Below are positions 26,126-39,451 of a DNA stretch of 64,000 nucleotides, piece after piece. Source of the DNA: Glaucostegus cemiculus (taxonomy: Eukaryota); contig CDPCPM010000233.1 of NCBI GenBank assembly GCA_976551045.1, positions 3,348,001-3,412,000 of the forward strand, written 5' to 3'. The translations under genes were made by a program, and so were the position numbers. Position 1 is the stretch's first letter, and each line of letters opens with the position of its first letter. The notes beneath the pieces were generated by a model that was not told the DNA's origin, made no database searches, and saw only the letters and a list, made by a program, of their open reading frames with translations.

Positions 26126-28574
26126 TTTATTAAATACACCAGTTAATCTTCCATATCTAATGTTTTTTACAAAAGACAAGGCCTAATAAAATTAATTGTC
26201 AGTTAGTTTCAAGATCGAACAGTTTCCATCTTTCCACATTTCCTCACGGTATGGAAGGAAGCCATTCAGCCTATCGAGTGTATGGCGAGCACAGAGCAAT
26301 CCCAATTCCTCACTAATTTTCTCTGTAACCCCTCCTCCACACAATCCAGCAACTCCCCCAACATCCTACACACTAGGGGCAATCTACAGTGGCTATTTAA
26401 CCTACCAAGCCGTTAAAATGAAGTGGGGGCAGTTAGTGACTGTGGGGACAGCAGTGTGTGAGTTCCTTCTCGTACAAACTGCAGCAGTTCCAGGAGTGGC
26501 TGTGTGCCAAGATTTCAGAGGCAGTTACAGATAGGGCAATAAATATTGGACTGACCTGCCACACAATTACACTGTGAACAAATAAATAAATGAAACTATA
26601 CTTCTGCAAATGTTTCAGAATAAAATTATTGCCAGTCCAATTCTGCCTTTCGTTTGGAAACATTTGGGGCTTGTTTCTGACTCACCTTGCCCAGACTTCC
26701 TTTGTGGGAGAGTAAATAGAGGCCATTTAAACTTTGCCTGTTAGGATGATGTGTAATATTTAAATTAATGGCAAAACCAGTTTGTGACGACACATCACAT
26801 GATTTTTTTTTAAGTATCTGGTGCTTTTGTCATGGGACAGGTGTGTATTTCAGTAACCAGCTCTTGGCAATCAGGGCTTATTCAGCAAACATTTTGAATT
26901 TTGGATTAGATTTTGATGGGGCTTTATTTTGCTGGTGGATTAATGTTGCATTCTCCAAACTCAGGCTAACACCTGGAGCGGAGCAGGGAGGGGGTGTAAG
27001 GGTTTGGGCAGCAGGGGGGCTTAGCAGTCTCCAGGGGAAACAGTTGTAACAATTCTACTGTTGCACCGCCTTCTGGTGGGTTACTTGTGGAGGTTCCTTG
27101 GGGTTGCAATGCGAAGGAGAAAGGTTTCCCTTCTACAAAGTGTCTTAACTGGGTTTCTGCCTACTTCCTCACCTTCCAGGCTTTATTGAGACAGATCCTA
27201 CAGATGTGTGTACACATGTTGTTTATGTGCCTTCCTATCTAAACTCAGAATAGCATGCGGTCCGAAGACCTCTACTGTCCTGTCTACATGGAAACAAACA
27301 CCTTTTCATGTGTTGACACGGCTGACTCCTGCCAACAGAATTCTGAAAATGAAAATAGTAAGCTTGCTATTTGTTAAGCAAACCTTAGAGAAGTGGGGGC
27401 GGTAATTATGTATTCAGGGTTAATTCCATGCCACCCACAGAACTAATCCCTGTCATACAGGTTTTGTGCACAGAAATGGTCTTTAGTTTTTGCTAACTCA
27501 TTTCAACAGTTTTTACAAAAGGTGTGATATAACCAGAAAGGAATCTCTTAAAATAATCCAGAGCACATATGGGACAACTTTGTATTAATTGGTGGGGGCT
27601 TTGGGAGAGCATGGGGTTTCACTGGCTTTCTGTCAACGCATTTCCACGGTTTGGATATAATAATTTAACCAAAGCAGAGGCATAGGGACAGGAATGTGGA
27701 TGTTAGATAGTGGTATGGAGTTGGTCTTGGATCTTTCATAAGCCATGTGGTATCGATTCAGATAGAACCCACTGAATGAAATGGTTCTGGAATCCCTTAC
27801 TTGGCTCTTGAGAGTAAATGTGGAAAGGTCATTGGAAGAAACCTTCTGAATCAAAGTGTTTAGTTCCAATGGTCAGGTAGTACCCACTTATGTTAACCCA
27901 TGATGACCAGAGACAGTGATAGCGGGGCGTGTGAGGAGGTGGTGGTTGGTTCGGAAGACATTGGAGAGGCTGAAAATGTGCAAAGAAACTGACAAGACTG
28001 GGGTTGTGATGGTTCTACAGAACTTAACAGCAGAACAAAATAGTAATTTGTTGACTTCACTTCCCATCTGTTAGGTGGGAAAATCAACAGTGAGGCTGGA
28101 GCCAGGAAAGAAAACCAATAGAAATCAGATACATGGAAGGTTGAACATCAAGGTGGGAGAGAGGTCCATGCAAGTGATGGATGGAGAGATTATGTAGAGA
28201 AAGAGAGAAACTGATGGCAGGAGGGGGAGACAGGACATAGCAGAGAGGGAGGGGATATAACAATGAAGGCGGAGGACATGAAAGTGATGGAGAAAAGGTG
28301 AAAATGAGAGGGAGAGGGTGTGGCTGTGAAGGACAGAAAGAAGGTTGAATTAAGAGAAAAGACATATCCTCGAAGAGACAAAGCTCCTTTGAAAGATGAT
28401 GTGATAGCAGCTTTACCATCTACCCCTCGTGGTCAGGTATTGACAGAGAAGAAAATGGCCACACATGATGAAGTATAGCAGGTCAACTGTGAGTGTTGCT
28501 CACTCATTGTTTGCTTTTACAACAATTGGTGCCATCAGATGAGATCAAATTAACCATGATGGTTATAAAGGTAA

Positions 28575-28795
28575 AACAAATACAGGAAATGCTGGAAACA
28601 TTAAGCAGCTCAAGCATCATCTGTTGAAAGAGGAATAGAGTTAATATTTCAGGTTATTTCAGAACTAACAAAGGATTGGCAACCTAAAACATTACCCCTG
28701 TTTCTCCTTCTCATGGATACTGCCTGACCTGTTGCGTGTTTCCACCATTCTTGGTTTTCCTTTCAGATTTCCAGCATCTGCAGAATTTTAATTTT
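28575..28795. repeat. Penelope-derived inverted (head-to-head) terminal repeats forming an imperfect hairpin
   Basis: aaatgctggaaaca..agcag..caagcatcatctg..gaaagag (28590-28655) is mirrored by ctccttctcatggatactgcctgacctgttgcgtgtttccaccatt (28680-28750). Confidence 0.55.
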
Positions 28796-29069
28796 CATTT
28801 ATTGTTATAAGCCTAGCCGATGCTTCCCATTCAATAGGTTTTAGGTGTTTTCTTGTTCTAGGTCAGTGGAGCAGCTTGGTTTACTGACACCATGTTGGAT
28901 TTCGCTGATTCAGTTTCTTGAGACTCCTGATGGTTTTGCTGCAGATTTGAGGTGCACTGCTGAACAGGGTGAGTGTGCTGTAAATTTGGAAAAAGTATCC
29001 CAAGATCTCACAATGTGTGTATGCAGAAAAGCTAGTCATTGAGAAGGGATATGGTAGTGAGAATGCAGG

Positions 29070-29194
29070 AGCGAGGACCTGGTGGTGAGGGAGAGAGGAC
29101 CTGGGGGTAGGGGAGAGAGGACCTGGGGATGGGGGAGAGAGGACCTCTGGGTGAGGGAGAGAGGATCTGGAAGCGAGGGAGAGATGACCAGGGG
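29070..29194 (+). repeat. G-rich minisatellite, ~21-bp unit (gggagagaggacctggggnn), about 6 copies
   Basis: Repeated gagagaggacct cores are directly visible. Confidence 0.8.
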
Positions 29195-32019
29195 TTTGTG
29201 GAGACAGAGGAGTTGGGGAAAGCCAAAATGGTGAAGGGGAAGTTGAAGGTACCATTGGTTATGGTGGGGAGAAGGACTGTGAGTTGAGGAGAGGAAACCG
29301 TAGGGGGGAGAGTGTGAGAGGGATTGGCTGGAGGAAGGCAAAGGTTTGGAGAAATTTTTGAGTCGCCGCCAGGTTCACCCATCTCTCTCTGAGCACTGCT
29401 GCTGGCATGGTGTTACCCTTGGCTTTCTGACAAGTGCCGATATACAATGAAATGGTTCTATTATTCTTCACTTGGCTATAGACAGAGTGTGTGGAAATCA
29501 AGAGAACCTTCCAAGTAATTACCTGCCCTGCAGGAGTTTAACACCACCTCAGCACAGATTGTTTCTCTGTGACTCTGTATGAATGTCTCTGCTTCGTGGG
29601 TGCAGCCTTTGTTGGAGTCCAACCAGGCGAGGATATGCAGAATGAACTTAATAAGAGTCAGCACTTTCAGTTAGGGACTGGTTGAAAAATCATATATGGG
29701 GCTGGTTTCACATTCATAGTCGGTATTATCAGTTTCAAAAATGAACAAAATGTTCTGCACAAAGAAAGTAAAACACAGCGTGCAATAAATTTCTTGTATG
29801 AAATCACTTGACCACAAGGAATCTTCACCTTAACCAGGATCCATTTGCTGGTGATTCGAATCTTAGATCAGTGCTACATGCTAATGCGTCGTTTGGTGAA
29901 ATGTTAATCACTCATGTTAAATCACCATGTACTTTTAAAGCACGGTTGGGAAACTGCTACTGGTGCCACTGTGTCAGTGGGGTGTGATTCTCTGGCAGTG
30001 TAACTTTGGTCATTTAGATTCTGTTTAAATAATAGGTCACTGTGAATTACTATCTGTGTGCATTCTTCAAGATGCAGCAAAGGATAAAGCAGGTGATGTC
30101 CACACAAGCTGTACACCTCTGCCAGAGCAAACAACTAGTTACAAATTTGAGTCTTAATGAAGTCTTTTTGCCTTCCTTTGCTGAAATAAAATCTTAGCTA
30201 AGCATTTTCTATCAGACTCAGATGAATTTCTTAGGGATGTGTCCAGCACTTGCACCTGGAACTGCTGGCATGTCTCCCCGTTCATATGAACGTGGAGGTC
30301 CAGACTTGGCTGGCTGCTTTCTGCTGCCAGTTCCCAACTTGCACTCTGATTGCTCATGGAGTCCAACACCCAAGCGTGAAGCTATAGCACTTTACCAGCT
30401 AGCCCTTACTCTGGGGAAGTTGCCCACTGAACATGTGTCAGGTTAGACTGGTGCAGGAACAGCAAGTCCATTCATTTGAATGGAAGAGCGTCTGCAAGTG
30501 AGAGAGGTAAGTATTAGATCTACAGATTTTGAACTAACATTCAATGTTTAAAACACTTTTAGACTATTCAGTTTTTTAATGTTTAATAATTTTTGAAAAA
30601 CTTTTGCTGTTTTTTCTTTTAATAACGTTGAATGGCAGGAACATTTATATCCGTTAATAAGTTTGACAGCAAGCTAAGCCTGAGGCACAGCTAAGCCAGC
30701 TTTCAAACTTTGTGGGCACCCTAAACACAGCATTTACTTCTGCAAGGATCATCCTCTGCCCAGGCCCTCCTACTCAAAACCCAATGACAACCAATCACTG
30801 GCATCAACGTACAATAACAACAGGAAAAAAGTACTGAATTTGTAATGGAGCAATGTACTCAAACAACTCAAAGAACAGATGCAAAATGTAGTCTGATCTA
30901 TTCAGCTACATACTTTCAGCACCATCTGTTCTCAATCATAATTATAAATGGCCAATAAAGTGCAGATTGTTATTCAGAGAAGGAACAAAACAATCCAGTA
31001 AATTAACTTTTTCTCTGCCTTAACCTATTGCATATGATAAAGTACTACTCTGAACCATATACAAAGATGTGTAACTCAGTAAACATAGTTCTGATATTGA
31101 TAGAACATAGATGTTATAGTCTAGTGGTATCCTAACAGTGATGCTGCCACTGGAGAGAAACATTGTCATTTGAACATTTTTTTTTATTCCATGTTCTAAG
31201 ATAATTCAGATGTACTTGTAATGTCATACCACTAAAGGACCTGTTTTTTGTGCAAAAGGCCAAGACTTCCATCTGGGTGATTTCCTGCTTATTTGGAACC
31301 ATGTGAGTTGTGCTCAAGTCAGAAATCAGAGGGAAGGTGAGGGTGGGCAGTGAATTGGGCTCAGTTATCTTCAGAAAGCTTAAACTTTCAACATGGAGCC
31401 TGTCTGTGAAATTCCACATCTGGGCTTCAAAACAAAAAGAATGACGCACTTACCTTTGCTGGTCCCTTTCAACAGGAGGATAATTCACAGCACTTTTTCC
31501 AGTCAGGCTAGAATTAAAGTAGGAGTGGCCCGATGATGTCATTGGGCTGTTGGTATGAAGGAGGACTATATGAGCTTTGGAGGAGCCTGCCCAGACGTAC
31601 CAATGGAAATGGTAGAATGTGCCAGGACATTAGACGCTCAGTCTCCTGCTGGATTAAAACTAATTACTGTCCAGTCTTCTCTGGGCAGGTAGATTTAAAC
31701 CCATCCCATTGTGCCTGTTTTAATGTTGTACACCTTGCTGACTCATCCGCCACAAGCAACTTGTATTTGAAAGTCCATAGCTTTGCTTAAAACTAACCTG
31801 CTTTTCCGAAGCATGTTTGTGACACACCTAAGTAAAGTGTCATAAATACTGACAAACCTAAGGCTAGCCACGTCAACAGATTGTGTTCACAGCAAGCAGA
31901 AATGGCTCAGAGTATTTTACAGACAGGCAAACAATAACTATTGAACAGCTAAAACAGGTTTATTGATGCTTTGAGGGTGTATTGAAGGTAGAGCGGTGTT
32001 TTTTTTAACTTATGGACAT

Positions 32020-32340
32020 CATGGATAGTACTTATTGTCCATCCATAAATGAGGGGCTGGTGAAGAGTTAAAAACATTGGTAGGTCCATAGTATTATAAG
32101 CCAGACCAGGGAGCAATGGAAGACTCCACTCCTAAAGTGCATTAGTGAACAAGATAGGTTTTTACAACAGTTTGTTTCATGGCCACCATTGCTGAGGCTA
32201 ACCCTTTTGTTTAAATTTCCAGATTCATCAGTTACTTAACTTTATATTCCCTGGCTGATTTGAATTCATGACTCCGGATCAATGTTCCGGATCGCCAGAC
32301 AGCAGTCCAGTAATTTAACCACAAGGCTGTTGTCCTAACT
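32020..32340 (-). mobile_element. Old SINE/LINE-5'-like repeat (same family as 14600-14830 and 49530-49910)
   Basis: cattagtgaac...gggtttttacaaca..., gccagaccaggg and tccagtaatttaaccac shared with the other copies. Confidence 0.5.
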
Positions 32341-32669
32341 AATTCTTCATTACCTCAATTTAGAAATGAATCCCTCCACCGTTAACAATAACAACATACA
32401 TATCTCAGCTTTGTTCAATGGTCTTAGACAAGGGCACTTGCATGGTTGTGGAGTGCTAGGTCCACGGACACTCCCAAGATCACGTATTTTTGTAGATGAA
32501 TCCACTAGCACTTGCAAACTAAATAAATATATTTCCACAAATCATGCAGTGACAATCGATAGTAACCTAGTATTTTAACATCCATGGCAAGAAAGATACC
32601 CGTGATGTATTTTTTGTTATTTCCATTTATAGTTTCAATAGGTAAGAGAAGATAAGACAAAATATTTTT

Positions 32670-32950
32670 ATTAGTCACATGTACATTGAAACACAAAGTG
32701 AAATGCATCTTTTGCATAGAGTGTTCTGGGGACAGCCCGCAAGTGTCACCACGCTTCCGGCGCCAACATTACATGCCCACAACTTCCTAACCCATACGTC
32801 TTTCGAATATGGGAGGAAACTGGAGCACCCAGAGGAAACCCACACAGACACGGGGAGAAGGTACAAACTCCTTACAGGCAGCAGCCAGAGTTGAACCCAG
32901 GTCGCTGGCGCTAAAGCATTGTAAAGCTTTACACTAACTGCTACACTACC
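32670..32950 (-). mobile_element. Full-length V-SINE
   Basis: Reverse complement gives a tRNA-like head (ggtagtgtagcagttagtg...gacctgggttcaact), the V-domain and the gtacatgtgactaataaa tail. Confidence 0.85.
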
Positions 32951-32989
32951 GTGGACTGATGTTGATTCTATCAGCCTTGTTCTAGCCTT

Positions 32990-33300
32990 TAGAATCATGC
33001 AGCATGGAAATGGGCCCTTTGGCCCAACTGGTCCATGCTGACCAAGATTCACATCTAAGCTAGTCCCGTTTGCCCGCATCAGGCCCATATTCCCTCTAAA
33101 CATTTCCTATCCAAGTACCTTTTAAATGTTAATATAACTGCCTCAACCACTTCCTCTGGCAGCTCATTCCATATACTGACTATCCTCTGGGTGAAAAATT
33201 TGCCCCTCAAGTTCCTATTAAATCTCTCCCCTTTCATCTTAAACCTATGTCCTCTAGTTCTTTATTCCCCAACCATGGGAAAAAGATTGTGTGCATTGAA
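32990..33300 (-). mobile_element. CR1 3' end
   Basis: CR1 3' UTR and the TRGHRFK...FFTQR region in reverse orientation. Confidence 0.8.
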
Positions 33301-33664
33301 ATGTACAGAAGAAGTGGCTGATTTTATCGTGAAGAGGATGTAATGTGAAGAGGTTTTGCTTTTTCCATGAATACAATTACATAAGACTGATATTCATTAC
33401 ACTATTAGTTGATATTTAAGATTATGGCATCCTATCTCCTACCTGACATAATGTTTTTCTATGATAGTTATTTATAAGTAAAAACATTGTTAAGGTTGGT
33501 GTGGTGCACCGTATGAACATGGGGAAGTGGCATAGAGGGTTTACTTGCAAATTGTAATGTAAAAATATACAGAAGACAAAAGCGTATTAATACTCTACCA
33601 AAGTCAGGCCTAGTTTGTGTAGCTGCGCTAGTGGACTCATCAGTGCAAAATGGAAGCAAAAATA

Positions 33665-34140
33665 TAAACTTCTGGAAGGAATCAGTGGGTCGAGCAGCAT
33701 CTGTGGAGGGAAAGGGATGGTTGATGTTTTGGGTTGAATCCTGCTTTAGGAGTGTAGAGGGAAGATAACCAGTATATAGGGGTAAAAGGGAGGTTTGAGA
33801 CTGAGACTAGTAGACAATAGGTGGAACCATAAGAGGTGTGGAGGGTGTGGAATGATGGAGCCAGTTGTGGTAAGGGGAAGGGGACTGTTGAGACAGAGGT
33901 TGGTAGGTGATGGGCCTTTGAGATGTGGGTGCTGGGGTACAAAGATGAGTTTTCTGCTGAGGACTGACCTCTCAGCATCAGAGAGGGGGAAGTGGTGGTG
34001 GGGAGGATGGTGAAGACGCGGAAGGGATTGGAGCTGGGGTGAGGTGTGGGGTCAGATGAGCGGGCTCTGGGGGTAAAAGGGTGGATGGAGGAAGGTCAGA
34101 TGGGAGAAGGGTCAAGGGTGGTGTTGGGCCTGAGCTATGG
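33665..34140 (-). mobile_element. Penelope-like terminal repeat and purine-rich 3' region
   Basis: ctggaaggaatcagtgggtcgagcagcatctgtggagggaa matches the termini at 4685-4730 and 58675-58720. Confidence 0.65.
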
Positions 34141-35084
34141 GATTAGACTTCTGTGTCTCCAGTGCAAAGAGGAATATTTTCTTTAAGGTAACTGTTCTTC
34201 ACCTGAGATTCAAGAGTTATAGCTATCTAACACCATGGTACTGATGGCTTGGGTCAACACAAGGATGTGTCAAGTATTTAGATAAAAGTATGTAGAAACA
34301 ACTGAATTAACCCCTTATTTCCAGATAAATTGCAATAACTACGGGATGGACGCAAGATAAAAAGAGCACATGTGGGAGGGTAACAGGTCTGTTGAACACA
34401 GGTTGTCACCTGAGGAAATGTAGCTATAACAACAGGCTTGTTGAGTACAATTGATCCTTGGAGGCATGTGAGTAATAATTAAATATGATTGAGTGAATCA
34501 AAAGAATGTTTTGTTACATGCAGATACTGACCAGAGGCATTCGTCTTCAAGGTACAGGAGGGTCAGAACTGGCTGATCATGCATGTTCTAGCTTAAGATT
34601 AGTTAAGAGATGACAACTGAACCTTTGTGCATTGCATCGAATTATTGTATCTCACCTCCAAAATGTGTAGAAACAGGGCATGCCTTGTGCAATTAGAGAG
34701 CAGTTGGACTGCATCTCTGAGGTAATCAGTCCCCCCTCCCTCCTGCAGGTGAAAGTTCAATGAATAAATACTTATTTAATTGTTCTAAAAATTGTTGATT
34801 AGATCTTCTTATTAGGAGAACATGTTGCAGATAAGGATCATTGCTTGGGTGAGGGTAGTTATTACCTGTAAATTTAATGTAAATCAGCTGACCATAGCCT
34901 GTCGAGTGGGAGATCTGCATCTGAGAAGCTCATAAGATGAACCAGATTGGTTTTGAGATGGATAGGAAGAAAAGCACAAGCATTTTATAAAAGAAATTCA
35001 TGGGCACAGAGAGTGAGGTTGCTGAGTGAGGATACACAAACTAGTGTGTTTGGTAGAAAGGATGAAGGTTAGTTGACCAAGTTG

Positions 35085-35995
35085 GTAAGTTTGCAAATGA
35101 CACCAAGATCGGTGGTGTGGTAGATAGTGTGGAGGACTGTAGGAGCTTACAGGGGGATATTGATAGGATGCAGAACTGGGCTGACAGGTGGCAGATGGAG
35201 TTTAATCCGGAGAAGTGTGAGGTGGTGCACTTTGAGAGGACAAACTCCAGGACAGAGTATAAGGTAAATGGCAAGGTTCTTGGCAGAGTAGAGGAGCAGA
35301 GGGATCTGGGGGTTCATATCCACAGTTCACTCAAAGTTGCCTCGCAGGTGGATAGGGCTGTTAAGAAGGCTTATGGGATGTTGGCTTTTATAAATAAAGG
35401 GATTGAGTTCAAGAGCAGAGAGGTGATGATGCTGCTTTACAAAACTCTAGTTAGGCCGCACTTGGAATATTGTGTTCAGTTCTGGTCGCCGCATTATAGG
35501 AAGGATGTGGAGGCGTTGGAGAGGGTGCAGAGGCGATTTACCAGGATGATGCCTGGATTGGAGGGTATGGAATATAAAGAGAGGCTGAAGGTGCTAGGGC
35601 TCTACTCATTAGAGAGGAGGAGGATGAGAGGGGACTTGATAGAGGTGTTTAAGATATTGAGAGGAATAGATAGAGTTAATAGTCAGTGCCTCTTTCCCAG
35701 AGCGCAGATGCTCAAGACGAGAGGGCATGCCTTTAAGATAATAGGTGGAAAGTATAGGGGAGATGTCAGAGGGAAGTTTTTCACCCAGAGAGTGGTTGGT
35801 GCATGGAATGCACTGCCTGGGGTGGTAGTGGAGGCAGATACGTTGGACAGGTTTAAGAGATTGTTAGATAAGCACATGGAAGAATGTGGAATAGTAGGAT
35901 ATGAGGGTGGAAAGAGTTAGTTTGGGAGATGTTTGTAGGATGGCACAGCTTGATGGGCCGAAGGGCCTGTTCTGTGCTGTATTGTTCTATTGTTC
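35085..35995 (+). mobile_element. Young 5'-truncated CR1 LINE with an uninterrupted RT C-terminal frame
   Basis: ORF 35117-35920 (267 aa): LQGDIDRMQNWADRWQMEFNPEKC...LVRPHLEYCVQFWSPHYRKDVEALERVQRRF...FFTQRVVGAWNALP, ending in a (TTCTAT/TTG) tail. Confidence 0.95.
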
Positions 35996-37629
35996 AAGTG
36001 AAGCAGTGAGTCAGGCTGTGATTTTAAAGGGCAGAGAAAATAGTGGGGCAAACAGCACTACAATAAGGGAGAGAAGGCAGGAGTTATATTGGTACAACAG
36101 TACCTCGCCTGCCTGTGTTACACTATCCAGGACACCTGGTAGAGAATGTGTGTGTGTGAAAGAGAGAGATTGAATGAAGTATTTTATGGTAGATTCCTTG
36201 GATGGTAAAAATTAGCTTACATGAAAGTACATCTGATTGGTTTGCCTGCTCAGTCCTTTGTGTGAGAGGTGCCTGCAGCTTGTTTTCAGTGTCAATCATA
36301 GTTATACTAAGCTGGAAGCTATTAACTCTTTGTAGTATTGCCTGTTGTTTGAAGCATTCATTTCTGTACATGTACATTTTAAGTTTTGAGATCTATGCTT
36401 CTTGTTGTTACTTGTTTTAAATTGTATAAATGCCTTGTGGGCTCCTGACCTTAGATGCTCCTCAAAGTTGGCAACTCTTTGGGCCTCTGAGCCATTAGCC
36501 ATGGATCATTGTTTCTAAAGTTGCATGAAGAAGGGTGTGTTTCCTCAGATGTTTGATTTCTTTACATTTGTAAAGCTAGACTTAGAAGGAATTTTGAACT
36601 AAAGACTAAAGGTTAAGGTTTTAACTGCAGACACTGGTGTATCAATGGAGGAAATTAAGGTCAAAATTCAGTTGTCATGTCTGGTTCTAGGTCAATGGAA
36701 ATTTTAAAAATGATATTTTAAACTGGTTACAGTTGCTTTTGTTACATCCAGTTAAAATTAAAGTGGGTAGTGTTGTTTAGTTTTATTTTGAATGTACATT
36801 TAAACCTAGTTTAATTCAGTCTGACTTAAATATTTGGAATGGCTCAGCCCACACAGGTTTTGTCAGGTAAGAAAGACTGTAAATTAGATTGATGAAAGAT
36901 GTTAATTACAGTGTTAAATGGTTTATTTGACTTTGGATCTTTGGAATATACTTTATGTGAGCTTTTAAAAGATAAAAGCACCATAAAATGATTAATTTAT
37001 TGCAGTATCAGCCTCCCACTTTATTGCTTGAAGTGCCGCCAGTGGAGAGAATTGCAGAGAAGTTAACTCTTTCCACTATCAGCACTTTTATTCTGCGTGC
37101 CAGGGGTTAGGATTTTAATTGGGGAAATAGGGATGAGCTTTGACAAAATCTTCCAGTTCAACAACACTGTTTGTTTTTAGTTTAAACATGGAAAAAGAAC
37201 GTCATATCATATGAAAATGTCTTGATTAAATTCACCAGTGGATATTAACCTGGTATCAGTTTATATTAGAATGGGGAATTATTACTTTTGGAGAATTCTG
37301 TATCTATGGAAGCTAAGCAATAACTTACATTAGATGCACCTGTGGTGTAGTGTTGGGATGCTCCACTGGTGTACAGGTGTTATTGGCAGCAAAGGAGACA
37401 ACAACCTGTAGACATGCATGAGGAATTGGTACTGTGGAATGGGCTATGGGCATGTTACTTAACATACTGTGAAATGGTTAATGTGGCTCCACAGAAAGAG
37501 ATGACTGTTTAAATCATCAGGGAACTGAGGCATAGTCCATAGAAAATCTGTTTGAACCAATCGGGTTAGAACAGCACCTGAACAGAAAACTAGATTTATC
37601 CCTTACAAACTGATAATGGACAGTAAGAT

Positions 37630-37990
37630 TAATAGTCATAGATATATAGATAGACTAGACAACTGGTATGTTTTGCCCAGGTTCAAAATGTCTAATATGA
37701 GAGGGCATGCATTTGAGGTGAGGGGGGGGAAATGTTCAAAGGAGATGTGTGGATCAAGTTTTTTTTACACAGAGTGGTGGGTGCCTGCAATGTGCCTCCA
37801 GGGGTGGTGGTGTGGAGGCTGACACGATAGAGGTGTTTAAGAGGCTATTAGAAACGTGCATAAATATACAGAGAATAGAGGGAGATAACTCGTGCAGGCA
37901 AATGGATTTAGGTGTCATTAGCTTAATTAGTTTGGCACAACATTGTGGGCTGAAGGGCCTATTCCTATGCTGTACTGTTCTATGTTCTAA
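37630..37990 (+). mobile_element. CR1 3' end
   Basis: MRGHAFEVRGG...FFTQSGG and the 3' UTR gggctgaagggcctattcctatgctgtactgttctatgttcta. Confidence 0.85.
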
Positions 37991-38149
37991 TAAGATCTGC
38001 TGAAGGGATAGTCACATGGGAAGAGATGTAAGGCCCCTGAAAGACAGGATGAGGAAACACATGATGGAATTATGTAAGTAGCTGAAAGGTGTGAGACAAA
38101 TAGTGAAGAAAAGGGGCTTCGAAGTATTAGTCAAAAGTAGGTCCACTAA

Positions 38150-38497
38150 ACTTCCTCTTCCATTGGGTAGAAGATACAGGTGCCTGAGGGCATGTACCAC
38201 CAGACTTAAGGACAACTTCTTCCCCACTGTGATAAGACTATTGAATGGTTCCCTTATACAATGAGATGGTCTATGACCTCGTGTTCTACCTTGTGTGACC
38301 TTGCACCTTATTGCACTGCACTTTCTCTGTAGCTGTGACGCTTTATACTGTACTGTTACTGTTTTTACCTGTACTACATCAGTGCACTTTGTACTAACTA
38401 TGTAACTGCACTGTGTAATGCATTGACCTGTACGATCGGTTTGTAAGACAAGCTTTTCACTGTACCTCAGTACAAGTGACAATAATATACCAATACA
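38150..38497 (+). mobile_element. Rex-Babar LINE 3' end
   Basis: LPLGRRYRCLRACTTRLKDNFFPTVIRLLNG followed by a 3' UTR ending ttttcactgtacctcagtacaagtgacaataa. Confidence 0.8.
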
Positions 38498-39451
38498 CTG
38501 AGAGAGGTGCGAGCCCCACCCTCCCCATGATCTTTTACAGGACTACGAGAGGATTTACAAAGGCATGTGCCAAGTTTCTATCGATGATAATCTGGAAGAT
38601 TATTAGAACTGTCTATTCCACTCCAGAGCATGAATGAGTGGTCCCCATATAAGAGGATAAAACAAATGAAGAAGTCTACAGCTAGCTCTGGACAGATGAA
38701 CAAAATTTGTCCCCACAGCATTACTTTGGTCTCCAACACTCGCATATTAATGACACTTAGAAGATTAATCAGATATGAGGGGATGATAGGGGCTCATGTG
38801 TCATTTAAAATCAGTAGAATTCCTTTTAATTCCTGTAAGCATAACCTGGCACAAAGAGGAGTGGAACATGATATCAGAAGGGATCCAGCTTTCCCCAGCG
38901 GGGATGGATGAATTCAGTACTTAAAACCAGATGTAATGGGGAAGTGGGATGCCATCTTGGTTGTTTAGGGGGCTGGATATGGAAATTTTCCACGTATTTG
39001 GACCACTTACCCCAAGGGCAAATGTTCTGCCATCAGGTGATTGTAAATTATATTTGGAATGCCCCCCAAATCAAGATGGGCCTGAAAGTAGGTTCGTATT
39101 GTGGGAAGAGTTACAACTGTATGAGACTATCAGACATGAAATTGTACCCAGAAATCACAATCTAATCTAGTTGGTGCTGTTTGCATGGTGTAATGATAGG
39201 GTGGTTGCAATATACCAAAGGTTAACATGCTCCAGGGAGCAGCAGATGCTATAGGGGTGTGCACTATCACTGACATAAGTGCAGTTGTTAAATGATGTGG
39301 TAATGGAAGCAAATACTGGGACATCTATAGTAAACACAATAGATCCCTAAGGTATCGAGTTATATCTTCACAGCATAGAAAATGGCTGAAGTACTTGCCA
39401 AGATATTAGAATGCTTGAAAGTGTGCAATATTTGATTGTATTTGTTTTAGT

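Larger units (their letters stand above)
34163..39450 (+). mobile_element. Probable decayed endogenous retrovirus (LTR-like 34163-~34886, leader, integrase remnant, env-like remnant), interrupted by two CR1 copies and one Rex-Babar copy
   Basis: VRTAPEQKTRFIPYKLIM at ~37565-37620 resembles retroviral integrase R-T-(A/T)-P...SP(F/Y)E..G. After a CR1 it continues as LKDRMRKHMMELCK*LKGVRQIVKK..EVLVK (38038-38150). Splice acceptor tcttttacag at 38531-38540 precedes a Cys/Trp-rich region with QHRKWLKYL...CAIFDCICF. The upstream TG-starting segment carries AATAAA at 34763. Confidence 0.45.

Noticed and set aside
27063-27079. CTCF-like motif (reverse complement ccaccagaaggcggtgc), with similar ones at ~13932 and ~14013
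   Set aside because: Partial matches are expected by chance in 64 kb.
28881-29382. Ser/Pro-rich ORFs
   Set aside because: Translations of the G-rich minisatellite.
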